64,000 bases of DNA, taken from Mytilus trossulus (Eukaryota). The stretch covers positions 83,018,001 to 83,082,000 of the forward strand of contig NC_086379.1 in assembly GCF_036588685.1 (NCBI RefSeq), written 5' to 3'. The notes below the pieces were generated by a model. The model was given only the letters and a program-made list of their open reading frames with translations, was not told where the DNA came from and did not search any database. Positions 35,442 to 47,220 of the stretch are shown piece by piece. Each line of letters opens with the position of its first letter. Within the stretch, counting starts at the first letter, position 1. The position numbers and the translations under genes are program-made.

Positions 35442-38400
35442 ATGAAGCTGTTTATTTTGTTGGTGTTTGTAATGGCAGCGGATGCTCTTGATTCGTGTTA
35501 CACAAACCAAGAACGTAAAAACATTGCAGAACTACAAAATCACATCCTGGCTTTCACAAAATCTGTCGACTCTTTGAAAACTGGACTTAAATGTGAGTAC
35601 TACTCAGGTTCTTTTGCAATTTTATATAAAAGTAAACTTTTTATACGAGGGGTTTTATATTGAATTAGAAATTAGATATTTTAAACATCAGCAATCCTTC
35701 GTTATCAATTCAATTCTACATATCTGTGTATTTTCCAAAAAATGAACTTCGTCAAGTAAGTCAACTTATATGTTTTAGAATAACTCTTAATGTTTATTTG
35801 ATTGAAAAGTACAAGAGTTAAACAAACAAGAGGCTCTTAAGAGTCTGAATCGCTCACCTTAATTCTTTTGGTTAAATCTCTCATCAATGATTATTTTGGC
35901 TTTTCAATTTATTTAAATGTTTTTGGATCAACCTATTTTCTTCAAAAGCAAAAAAAAAAATCATTTTCTCCTATGTTCTATTTTAGCCATAGAAGCTATG
36001 TTTCTTGACATACAAGGAAATAAAATATAAAATTTATACTAGATACTATGAAACTCATTTAGCCTAAGTTTGGCTGAAATTGATACAGCAGTTTCAAGGG
36101 AGAAGATTTTTTAAAGTAAGTCAACAAGATGAACAAATTGTGAAAAAGTCTTTAAAGGGCAATAACTCCTTAAGGGGTCAATTGACAACTTTGGTCAGAT
36201 AGACTTATTTGTAGATCTTACTTTGCTGAACATTACTGCTCACTTTACAGTTTATCTCTATCTATAATAATATTCAAGATAATAACCAAAAACAGCAAAA
36301 TTTCCTTAAGATTATCAATTCAGGGGCAGCAACCCAACAACGGGTTGTCTGATTCATCTGAAAATTTCAGGGCAGATAGATCTTGACCTGATAAACAATA
36401 TTACCCCATGTCAGATTTGCTCTAAATGCTTTGGTTTTTGAGTTATAAGCCAAAAACTGCATTTGACCCCTATGTTCTATTTTTAGCAATGGCGACCATG
36501 TTTGTTGATAAATCAAAACCTCGGATACAATTTATAAACTAGATACCCTAAGGAACATTCAGTTGAAGTTTGGAAGTATTTGTCCCAGTAGTTTCAGAGG
36601 AGAAGATTCTTGAAATAGTTTACGACAACAGACGACGACGACAGACGACAGACGACGGACGACGGACGACGACGGACGCCAAGTGATGGCATAAGCTCAC
36701 TTGGCCCTTCGGGCCAGGTGAGCTAAAAAGGTATCATATTTTTTAAAGATCGTTATCACAATCTTATTAATCATCATGAAACCAGGTTATATAAAAAAAA
36801 ACGGCCATACAGGTTGCATTAATACAAACTATAAATCAATGTATATTTTATTTGATACAAATGAGGTACAATCTAAACAAGTTAACTTTATAATTCACTT
36901 TGACTATCAAAACGTTCATTCTAGTCATCGTCAAGCTTAACAAACTTCAAGGTCGTCCTGGTTCATACATCTCAGTCGTTCAGAATATATCATATGATCA
37001 ATAAGGTTTATCATGTATATTTATATAGTCAATACATGTTCGTTTTTTACATAAATAATAATGACATGTGCATAGGTCATCTTTGAAAATAAATAAAGGT
37101 ACAACATTACATAGCTAAAAGTAAGATCAAATTGAATACAAAACTACGTCTTGTTTACTATTTATATATAGCGAAATTTACTGTTTGGAATGGTGGATGT
37201 AAAAATGGTTGGAAGCCTTTCCGGGATCATTGTTATCATTTAGTTCAAGACAAGAAAACATGGTTTGAATCAGAGGTATGCTCTTCATGAATCTTAACGT
37301 CTATTTTTTTTTTAATGTTTTTGCCTTTAGATTAGGGACTCTCCGTTTTTTAATTTTCCTCGGAGTCCAGTTTTTTTGTGACTTTTTGTTTTTACATTTT
37401 GAATGATTTTCATTCATGAGCCGAAACAAGTATAAACATGGTCTTATTTAGTCATTTGATTTTAAAATTACATTGATTATCAGGGTTATGTATGTTTCAT
37501 TTATATGTATATTGATGCCTTTAAACTTATTAGTTTTATGAATATTTAAAAACAAATTCACATTTCTTTCCGTTTGTTTTTATATATTTCAAGCATTGTG
37601 TGTACACAAAGGAAGGAAAACTAAATTTAATGTTTTTGTCATAATAAAACATATATATAAAACAATGTACATTTCTTTAGTCACATCTATATATATATAT
37701 AGGGCTTGATAATGCGAATAGTATGTATATTTTTTTGATATTAGTTATTCGTTTCAAATTAAGGAATATCCCTCTAACCCTTAACTACTCCTGTTCAAAG
37801 ACGTGCGCATACATAGTTACATTTCTTAAACCTTGGATCCTTAATATTTTAATTGAATAGTTTATTTTTATACATAATTTGTAGACGTGCACATAGGATT
37901 TTGAATTATTCAATTTACGATTACATATAATTGATTCAATCCACGTTATTAGGACTCCTTATGTTATATACGTTAAGTCTCACTGTTGTTGTGCAGTTGC
38001 ATAAAACTTATCTGTTATCTTATCCTTAGAGATTTTGCAAGAAAGAAGGCTCGTCTTTGGTTAACGTTAATGATATAGACGAAAATAACTGGTTACAGTC
38101 ACAGTTCAAAGGTGAATATTTGAAAAAAGTGATTGCTCAATAAATAGTAAATAATCAAAGCAAAAATATTTTTCATTACAATCACAGCCAAAAGAAAAAA
38201 AATATAAATGATACAATTGAGAATGAAAATTGGAAATTTATCATAAAGACAACAACCGGGTTACCCGACCAAAGAGCAACTCAGCTGGTCACTAATTAGA
38301 AAAGTGTACTAGTTAAAATGGATGTCAAACTATACTCTAAAACATACAAATGATCTAGAATTAAAAAAAAAAAATACAATACTAGCAAGGGAATTTACTA

Positions 38401-40060
38401 CACTACACTAGTTATGTTCGGGTCCTTTATTGCTGTTCGATGTGAGTACAGTACAGATATTTTTGTTAAGAAAACATATATTATAGACACAGATAAAATG
38501 CTAAGTATAGATAGTTACAGTCAAACGGTTAAATACACATGGTTAAAAATGTATGTACAACCAAAACCAAACAACATAAAGGATAACAGATAACATAGAT
38601 GCAACTTAAAAGAAAAAAAACCAAAAGACACAGATTTAAACAGAAAATCCTTTATACAGTGCTCGAAAGAAAAAAAGTATTGAAGTCATTGTTCAGACAA
38701 AGAATTATGCGGCAAAGAGTATTTTTTTAAGAGAAGACAGTAAGGTATTTGTATAAGTTGAACTCTTTAAAATGAATTTAGAATGTTTATTCTCCAGGCG
38801 CGTCAAACTTTTGGCTTGGTATTACTGATGGAGACTTGAAACATTGGATCAATACAGTTGATTATGCTCCGACTAAATATTTCCACTGGGCATCTGGCGA
38901 GCCAGGAAATGTAAATGAAAATTGTGCTATGCTCATAACAGCCGATGGTAAATGGCACGACTTCCCATGCGGCACACAACTTTGTCCTTTTGTGTGCAAG
39001 AAAAATGTTAGGTGTGTACTTTTTCCATTTCAAGAATATCAGCTGCGCTACTTTAAAATTCCTTATTTGATTTGATGAAATGAAATGCAAAGAATTAATT
39101 TGATTAACATTTGATTTTTTTTTCAAATGTTTTAAGATTAAGAAAATACTCGTTTTTGTTTTAATTTTCGGTATGACAATACATGAACTTTTTTTTATGC
39201 TACATGCCATCAGATCTTTATTGACAGTAAAATAGATGAAACAATATAATATTATATGACGTACAGTACATAAACATTTTTATTTGAGATAGAGAAAAAC
39301 TGTACATATATATTTAACAAATATATGGTCTATAGATGTTTGATATTTAATTTTCTAACCTGTACCAATGCAGGAATATGAAAGTTGTTTTCTATTTGTT
39401 TGATGTGTTTAAGCTTTGATTTTGTCTTTAATAATGGTCTTTACGTTTTTAATTTTCCTCGGAGTAGTTCGGTATTTTTGTGATTTTCCTTTTTCGTAAT
39501 TGTATAAGGCTGTTTTTGTGTACTGTACTAAATTAATTTAAATTATCCGTTGCTATTCCGTGTTCAACGTGTCAAAATGTACGAGTAACTTATATTTTTA
39601 GGTATATATTTCTCTGTCTTGAGTGTTCTTGTATATACTTGTACTGTATTTATTTCATGACAATAAACGTCACACTAAACTCCAAAAATATAGATAAACT
39701 AAAATTAAAAATCATACAATACTAACAAAGACACAAAATAACGGCGGGTTAAAACAAGTTTTTGTGATCTTAACCAACTATCCCCCTATACCCCTATCCA
39801 AAACACATACCAATACACACAGTAAAACTTAGTAATAAGCCGTAAAACAAAAAGTCCATAATCAATTGCCAAAATCAAATGATTAAACATATCAAACGGA
39901 GAACAAAAACTGTAATATTCCTGAAATGTAGAAAATAGTGGATAGAACCTGGTTTTATAGCGCTAAACCTATCATTTGTATGACATTTGTATAGATGTTT
40001 GATATTTAATTTTCTAAACTGTATATTTCTATTTTTTTTTAGATAAAAGATGTGTTTTAA
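35442..40060 (+). CDS. Secreted C-type lectin (perlucin-like) with short helical neck; 5 coding exons, ~187 aa
   Basis: Exons 35442-35592, 37172-37275, 38030-38111, 38798-39006 and 40043-40060; GT-AG and in frame. Signal peptide MKLFILLVFVMAADA; CTLD motifs CKNGW...HCY, TWFESERFC, FWLGITD, WASGEPGN, ENCA, WHDFPC, FVCK. AATAAA at 40094. A probable 5' UTR exon ends at 34236. Confidence 0.9.
35826..36728. mobile_element. Non-autonomous Helentron-associated (HINE-like) element
   Basis: Starts aacaagaggctc, contains internal repeats and a (GAC/GACG)n microsatellite, ends in hairpin gctcac-ttggccc-ttc-gggccag-gtgagc followed by an A-run. Confidence 0.65.
39359..39989 (+). repeat. Local segmental copy of 42444-42925 plus 43045-43179, flanked by 28-bp direct repeats
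   Basis: Near-identical copies by eye. Flanks tatagatgtttgatatttaattttctaa at 39331-39358 and 39990-40017. Confidence 0.92.
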
Positions 40061-40373
40061 AAAGAAATCGTAAAGCAGTCAATGAATAACACGAATAAAA
40101 CATATAATGCAAAACAGTAGAGTTATTTATAGATTTTTATAGAGTTGATTTTGACTTTTTGCTTTTACGATATATGAAAAAAAGAATATGTAGGGTAAAC
40201 AGTGTCTTACAAATGTCATTATGTGGTTCTTTATTGCTTTTTGGTGTGAACCAAGACTACATAATACAGGCCGTACTTTGACCAATAGATGTAAACCTTT
40301 TTATATTGTGACATACAGCTCTTCAACGGTTTCGGTACTTATACATCTTCGGATTTCACATGTTTGGCTTTGA

Positions 40374-40415
40374 GCGTTCCTGATGAAGGTAAATCCAGAA
40401 AAGCGCTTCGGACGC
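40374..40415 (+). ncRNA. Minimal type I hammerhead ribozyme, family B, intact core
   Basis: gcgttc CTGATGA a-gg-taaat-cc-a GAAA agcgct TC ggacgc, identical in motif to the 13597-13638 copy; lies in a fragment at ~40315-40445. Confidence 0.7.
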
Positions 40416-41574
40416 ACGAAATTAATAACGTGTTGTTTTCAATATTTTATATTGTGATGTGGATGGATAGTTGTCTAATTGGCACTCGTACAACGTCTTC
40501 TTATTTTCATATAGATAAATGGACAGATTACTGCAATAAGAGATCAATTGTTTTACCACGCAAACAATTAGGATTGCTAATATTTCAAGCATGACCCATC
40601 ACATCAAAATTGAAAGTTCAATACTATAATATAACTTTATCAACTGATCTGGTCTTTTGCTTCTGTGATCGGAGTATATAGTAATAATGCATCAATAGGG
40701 TATTGTTCTATGGACAGCAAACTAACTACAAAATGAACTAAAGGCAATCGACATACAAGAGATAAATAATATCTCTCTGTCTATACCGTCCACGGTCAAC
40801 ACTAAATAATTTTAACTTACTATTAGAATATTTTCTTTTACAACTGTAAGAAAGGTCAAGAAACAACCTTAACATAATATTTAATACAGGTTTTGATCGA
40901 TTTATGAGTTTTGGCTTTGAACAGAAAAATTCGAGTGAAATATAACCTTAGGCGATTTATCAACAGCATTTTACTACCTTAAGGAAAACGATTTGTGACA
41001 CGTGTTAGCAGGAATTGTCCACAATGTGTCCTCTGTGTAATGCTTATAATTATACCTCCAGTTTTCGTCTATTCATCCGTCTATTCCAATATGAATATTT
41101 TTCCTCACATCTTTGTTAGAAACTACATTATAAGCAATTCTTAATTTGGTTTTAGCGTTTATATAAGTCAGCTATACAATAAGATGCGTTTTACTCAACA
41201 ACTTCCTCAAATATTTTGGCTGCGGCATCATCAACTTGTTGTTGTCTTTTCCTGATTTTTTATTTATTTTAGCCATGTTTTGTTGGAAAACGTCTACGAA
41301 TATTTGGTCCTCTATTCTCTACAACTTCTTACTTTATTTGACCTGTTTAACCTTTTTTATAAGCGTGTCACTAGTGATATTTTTGTACACGAAAGGCGCG
41401 TCTAGCGCAAATACAAAATTTAAATTATGGTATCTTTGATGAAAGCCAACGGCAATTTAACGCTGTTCGAAAGTCACAAATCGGGCGAGCGAAAGCAAAA
41501 CCGGGTTACAAACTAAAACCGAAGAAAAAATATCAACTATAAGAGGAAAACAACGGAACTACAAAAAAATTAAT

Positions 41575-42100
41575 CTGTGTCGGAGTTCCTTCAGAGACTT
41601 GTCAAAAACAGGAAGATCAAAGAAACCAGGTTATTAAATTTAACATACAAATATATTGATGATGTCCTTTCCATTAACAATCCAAAACCTTTCTGATTGG
41701 GTTTTAAAAAGTAAAATCACAAAAATACTGAACTCCGAGGAAAATTCAAAACTATAAGTTCTTAAGCAAATCAAAAAAAATCAAATGACAAAACACAAAC
41801 GAATGGACAACAACTAGATCTTTTAGAACAAGAAATTAAAGAAACAACAGACACGACTTCATCTGCCTCATTTTTATACTGATATCTCGAACTTTACATA
41901 CACGGTCATCTCAGTACCAGAATCTGACAAAAGATACGATTTTAATTAAGAAATTATCAACTTCCTCCACCTTAGTAGCTTTATACCAACTTCACCTGTA
42001 CATGGGATGTATATTTTCCATTTTTTTTGCTTTTCAAGATCTTACATGTGTCACTAAGACTTCACCAGTTTCTGAGTTGAAAGATTAGGAGCTAGAGGTA
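41575..42100 (+). mobile_element. Decayed Penelope-like reverse transcriptase fragment
   Basis: Remnants LTYKYIDDVLSINN, EIKETTDTTSSASFL and EIINFLHLSS..PTSPVHGMYI, interrupted by a repeat at ~41707-41815. Confidence 0.7.
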
Positions 42101-44015
42101 TAATTTGTCGTGGTTTTTGTTACATAGAACTTGGCTCTGTACTTATACATTCCCTAATTGTGTTTTTGTGCTATCGTAAATTCTTGTACTCTTGGTAATG
42201 TGCTTTGTCTATGTGCCGTTTTGTGTTTCTTTGTTACATATTTGTTTGTTTTCATAATGATTAAGATTATAACACAAAATTGACTGCTGTACCTCAATTT
42301 TGACATTTTTACCTATTTTGTCTATTTGTTTTGTTCCCTCGTCGTTTTCAATATTACGGAATTTTGTACGACTGTCATACAAGTGAGAGGTTTAGCTAGC
42401 TATAACACCAGGTATTGTCCACCATTTTCTACATACGAAAATGCCTGTACCAATGCAGGAATATGAAAGTTGTTTTCTATTTGTTTGATGTGTTTAAGCT
42501 TTGATTTTGTCTTTAATAATGGTCTTTACGTTTTTAATTTTCCTCGGAGTAGTTCGGTATTTTTGTGATTTTCCTTTTTTCGTAATTGTATAAGGCTGTT
42601 CTTGTGTACTGTACTAAATTAATTTAAATTATCCGTTGCTATTCCATGTTCAACGTGTCAAAATGTACGAGTAACTTAAATTTTTAGGTATATATTTCTC
42701 TGTCTTGAGTGTTCTTGTATATACTTGTACTGTATTTATTTCATGACAATAAACGTCACACTAAACTCCAAAAATATAGATAAACTAAAATTAAAAATCA
42801 TTCAATACTAACAAAGACACAAAATAACGGCGGGTTAAAACAAGTTTTTGTGATCTCAACCAACTATCCCCCTATACCCCTAGCCAAAACACATACCAAT
42901 ACACACAGTAAAACTTAGTAATAAGAAGTTTGAGTCCGATGTCAGAATATGCAACGACATTAACGTAGCAAAATGACAATGATACATAAATTAACAAAAA
43001 AGTAAAATCTCAACAATACTGAACTGCAAGGAAAATTAAAACGGAAAGTCCATAATCAATTGCCAAAATCAAATGATTAAACATATCAAACGGAGAACAA
43101 AAACTGTAATATTCCTGAAATGTAGAAAATAGTGGATAGAACCTGGTTTTATAGCGCTAAACCTATCATTTGTATGACAGTCACATCAAATTTTGTGATA
43201 TTTAACTTTTTAACTTTTTTTGGATTCGAACGTTACTGATGATTCTTTTGTACACAAAACGCGCGTCTGGTGTATATACAAAATCAAGTCCTGGTATCTA
43301 TGATGAGTTTATTTACAACGATATGTGAACAAAAAAAGACATAATAGGTAAAATAGTCAAAATATAGTTACATTTACAAAAAGCACAAAAAGGATCGACC
43401 AAATTAAAAAAGCTCATTCACTGCTTCGCATGTTTGACGTCAAATAGGAAGAAATTTTATCGTTCAATGTGTATTCAAATAATATACAACTTCACATTTG
43501 CAATGATAGTCTACAGGGTTAAAAAATCAAAATTTATGTTAGAATTAATTTCCGAAACAGACAAAGATTTAGAATTACCCAGAACTAAGTTCTTTAGAAA
43601 TTTTAAGAATCCACATATGGTAAATACCACTACGCGAGTATACTAATTTTGTCGTTGGTCGTTCAAAGTATTTTAGAATTTATAATAGAACAATATCATA
43701 ATGATTTATAAAAGAACAATAACATAAAGACGGGATATATTAAAGTACATAGTCACGTTTTGAGAACCAAATCTCGCATATACAAAAAACACGAGTAAAA
43801 ATGAAAGATAAAACAAACACATCGACGAGATGTATAAGTACCGAGCCACGTCAACTGGATATTACATTAAGAGATCAAACAGTAAAATTTATATTAATGA
43901 ATGAATGAATCTTTATTGCAAAGCATAGACATGTTATGGCAAACTTAACGACATATATTACATAATAGAAAACATAAATAGACAGCAGAGAACAATAGTA
44001 TAATACAATCTATAT

Positions 44016-44163
44016 GTGGTACGAAATGGCATAAATCTGAAACAGTTATAAATCTTCCATGAGGTACGAAATGACATATATGTAAATCTTCCGTGAGGTA
44101 CGAAATGGTTAAGGTACGAAATGGTCAGGGTACGAAATGGTTTTTGCCAAGGTACGAAATGAC
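44016..44163. repeat. Short degenerate tandem array of ggtacgaaatg
   Basis: The motif recurs six times with variable spacing. Confidence 0.85.
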
Positions 44164-44569
44164 TTTAATTAATAATTGAAAACAAGAAACACAAATAAAA
44201 GAACAATATAACACGCTGTTAAGATGATAAGCAACGTCAGTAAGCAGAATCTATGCATCAAGACCATCATGTATTATTTATGCAGCTGATACGATTTTTA
44301 AAACATTTTTGGATTCTCATAAATTCTATGTACATGTATAACTTTGGACTAGTTTGAATCTCGGTCTATTTCTGTGATTTATTCTTACATACTTTTGATT
44401 TTTTAACCCTGTATGCGTACATTGCCTATGTACATTTTAAAATTGTTTGTATGCACATTTAACGAAAAATTTATGTGACGTATATAATTTTTCTAACGTC
44501 AGACACTCATATCAATTCATGTGTTCGTAGATAGTAGATGTTTTTGTGTCCTGTTAAATTGTTCTTTTT

Positions 44570-44880
44570 AAAATTGTTATACGATGATGACTGATGTATC
44601 CATATTTTGACTATTTTATTAATTGTGACTGTTTATTTAACGCATCATGTAAATGTAGCGGGATTAGATGAGACTGTTATTAAAGTGAGGGGGTTAGCGC
44701 TATAGAACCAGGTTTAATCCACCATTTTCTACATTTGAAAATGCCTGTACCAAGTCAGGAATTTGACAGTTCTTGTCCATTCGTTTTTGATGCGTTTTGT
44801 TATTTGATTTTGCTATGTGATTATGGACTTTCCAAATTGATTTTCCTCTGAGTTCAGAATTTTTGTGATTTTACTTTTTA
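44570..44880. repeat. High-copy dispersed repeat (family unassigned)
   Basis: The block aaaagtaaaatcacaaaaatactgaactccgaggaaaattc...cctgacttggtacaggcattttc recurs in either orientation at ~13845, 29115, 41707, 43000, 50535 and 51570. Confidence 0.75.
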
Positions 44881-44892
44881 TCAACAAGGTCT

Positions 44893-45175
44893 AACTTCGG
44901 TGTTGACATGAATATCAATAATGTGGTCATTTTCATAAATTTCCGGTTTACAAAACTTAGAATTTTTCGAAAACTAAGGATTTTCTTATCCCAGGCATAG
45001 GTTACCTTAGCCGTATTTGGCACAACTTTTTGGAATTTTGGTTCCTCGATGCTCTTCAACTTTGTACTCATTTGGCTTTATAAATATTTTGTTATGAGCG
45101 TCACTGATGAGTCTTATGAAGACAAAACGCGCGTCTCGCGTACTAACTAATAATCCTGGTACCTTTGATAACTAT
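44893..45175 (+). mobile_element. Retrozyme-like family A copy with mutated core
   Basis: gagcgtca CTGATGA gtcttatgaagac AAAA cgcgcgtc at ~45096-45135; GAAA has become AAAA. Confidence 0.75.
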
Positions 45176-45659
45176 CTAAGTACCTTCTGATGAATCTTTT
45201 TGGAAAAATTGGGGAAAATTTATAATTTCAAAATTAAAATCGTCTCGTTTGTTATAGATTCTGGTACTGAGATGACTGTGTATGTCAAACATGAGGCAGA
45301 GGAAGCCGTGTTTGTTTTTCCTTTAATTTCTTGTGCTGGGGGATATATTACTGGAACTCAATTAGAAAATTTCGGTTTGTTAATGAAAAGAACATCATCA
45401 GTATATCTGAAAGTGAAATTAAATAATCTGGCTTATTTGATATTCTTGTTTCTGCAAGTGTCTGACGAGACTCCGATTCAAACGACTACAAGCAGTAACT
45501 GACATGCCAACTAAAGACCTAAGTTAAACCGATTGAAAGATAATGTCTTCATCATATGAAAATTAAGCACAGTCCCTGCTGTCAGGGGTTTAGAATCATA
45601 TCGTGATTAAATATACGAGAAGAACATAACCCGTATCATGCCAATAAACAAACTAATCA

Positions 45660-46420
45660 TATATACCAGGATTAAAATTTAGATTTACGCCATACGCACG
45701 ATTCGTCTACAAAAGACCCTATGAGTGAATCAATATTAAAATCAAAATCTGTCATATTTATTTACCGAACAACTGTATCGTTACTATATTTCCTTCTTCA
45801 TAAGTCTCTTTAAAGGTTTGGTTAGCTTTTTGAGGTGAATGTCGACATGTTTATGCTTTGTTAAGAATAATAACTTTAAAAGATTGGATGTGAAATAGCT
45901 GAGCGTATAAGATGTCTACATATTGAATTATATTTAAGAATGTTGACTTGTACCGATGATAAAATTTAGTAATTATTTCGACTAGTTTGTGATATCGAAA
46001 ACCCTGGTGTAATAATTTTTCAGTAATATGCAAATTTCTTTCTTTAAAATCAAATACGTTGTTACATAAAAGAGCGCATTGAACAAGTTGATATATATAT
46101 AAAAATCATAAGATGGTGACAAGGGAACGTCACCATCTAAAATAGATAATTAACAATAGGAAATGAAAAATCATATCTTTATCATAAATGTAGGTATAAA
46201 AGATATATATATCAAGATCCAGGAAAGGGCAGTGTTTATTGTTAGTATTAGCTTTCTTTAAAGTTAGTTCAACAGGCTGAACGACCTCTTTAGTGTACAT
46301 ATTAAAGTCAACATTAGTCATACCAATGTAGAAACAGATCCGCAATAAGTAGTGCACAGTTAGACCCTTTTGGAATTCCGATAACTTGACGATATACGGA
46401 ATTTCCAAAGCAAACAAAAA
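45660..46420 (-). mobile_element. Decayed Penelope-like RT C-terminal region followed by a degenerate hammerhead-type terminus
   Basis: Minus-strand peptides ELTLKKANTNNKHCPFLDLDI and ITEKLLHQGFRYHKLV...KFYHRY. Downstream on the same strand is gtcttttgtagacgaatcgtgcgtatggcgt (~45685-45716), resembling the family A hammerhead. Confidence 0.7.
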
Positions 46421-46502
46421 GTGAATCATATACCAATTCAGGGGCTTTTATACTATAAAAGCTGGTCCAGTTGACACAATTCTTTTGTTTTTTTTATAAC
46501 TT

Positions 46503-46966
46503 ATAGTTATCAAAGGTACCAGGATTATAATTCAATACGCCAGACGCCTGTTTCGAAAAAAGTTTCAGTTTGTAGACAAAATGTGCGTCTGGCATATTCA
46601 ATTATAATCCTGGTACCTTTGATAACTATTTACACAACTGCGTCGATGCCACTGATGGTAGACTGTTCGTCCCCGAGGGTATCACCAGACCAGTAGTCAG
46701 CACTTCGCTGTTGACATAAATATCTATTATATGGTCATTTTTATAAATTTCCTGTAACAAATCTTTGAATATTTCTAAAAGAATGTTCTTATCCAAGGAA
46801 TAGATGACATTAGCCGTATTTGGCACAATATTTTAGAACTTTGGGTCCTCTATGCTCTTCAAATTTGTACTTGTTTGGCTTTTTAACTGTTTTGATCTGA
46901 GCTTCACTGATAATTCTTATGTAGAGGAAATGCGCGTCTAGCGTATTTAATTATAAAGCTGGTACC
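46503..46966 (+). mobile_element. Retrozyme-like family A: full degenerate monomer (period ~349) with an inverted 5' piece
   Basis: gtagac/gtagag at 46572 and 46921. 46503-46550 is an inverted copy of the tagttatcaaaggtaccagg end. Confidence 0.7.
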
Positions 46967-47014
46967 GATTAATATTTATTGTTTGGCGTTTAACAGTTTC
47001 GGCGAATAAAAAAT

Positions 47015-47220
47015 ATCGGACACGTTTTTGGGTTATGAAATCGAACACGTTTGGGCAAACTTGAGTATTACGGATACGTTTGTGTAAATAGGACACGTTT
47101 TGGGGAATCGGACACGTTTTGGGGGAAGCGGATACGTTTGAGGAATCGGACACGTTTTGGGGAATAGGATACGTTTGTGGGAATCGGATACGTTTGAATG
47201 AATCAGACACGTTTTGGAGT
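47015..47220. repeat. Minisatellite, ~20-21 bp unit ggaYacgttttggggaatc, about 10 copies
   Basis: Visible directly. Confidence 0.9.

Noticed and set aside
45200-45502. 100-aa ORF as a host gene
   Set aside because: No recognisable motif or exon chain, and it is embedded among repeat fragments.
47015-47220. ORF 46947-47210 with repeated PIPQNVS peptide
   Set aside because: It is the translation of a 20-21 bp tandem repeat, with no splice or domain support.
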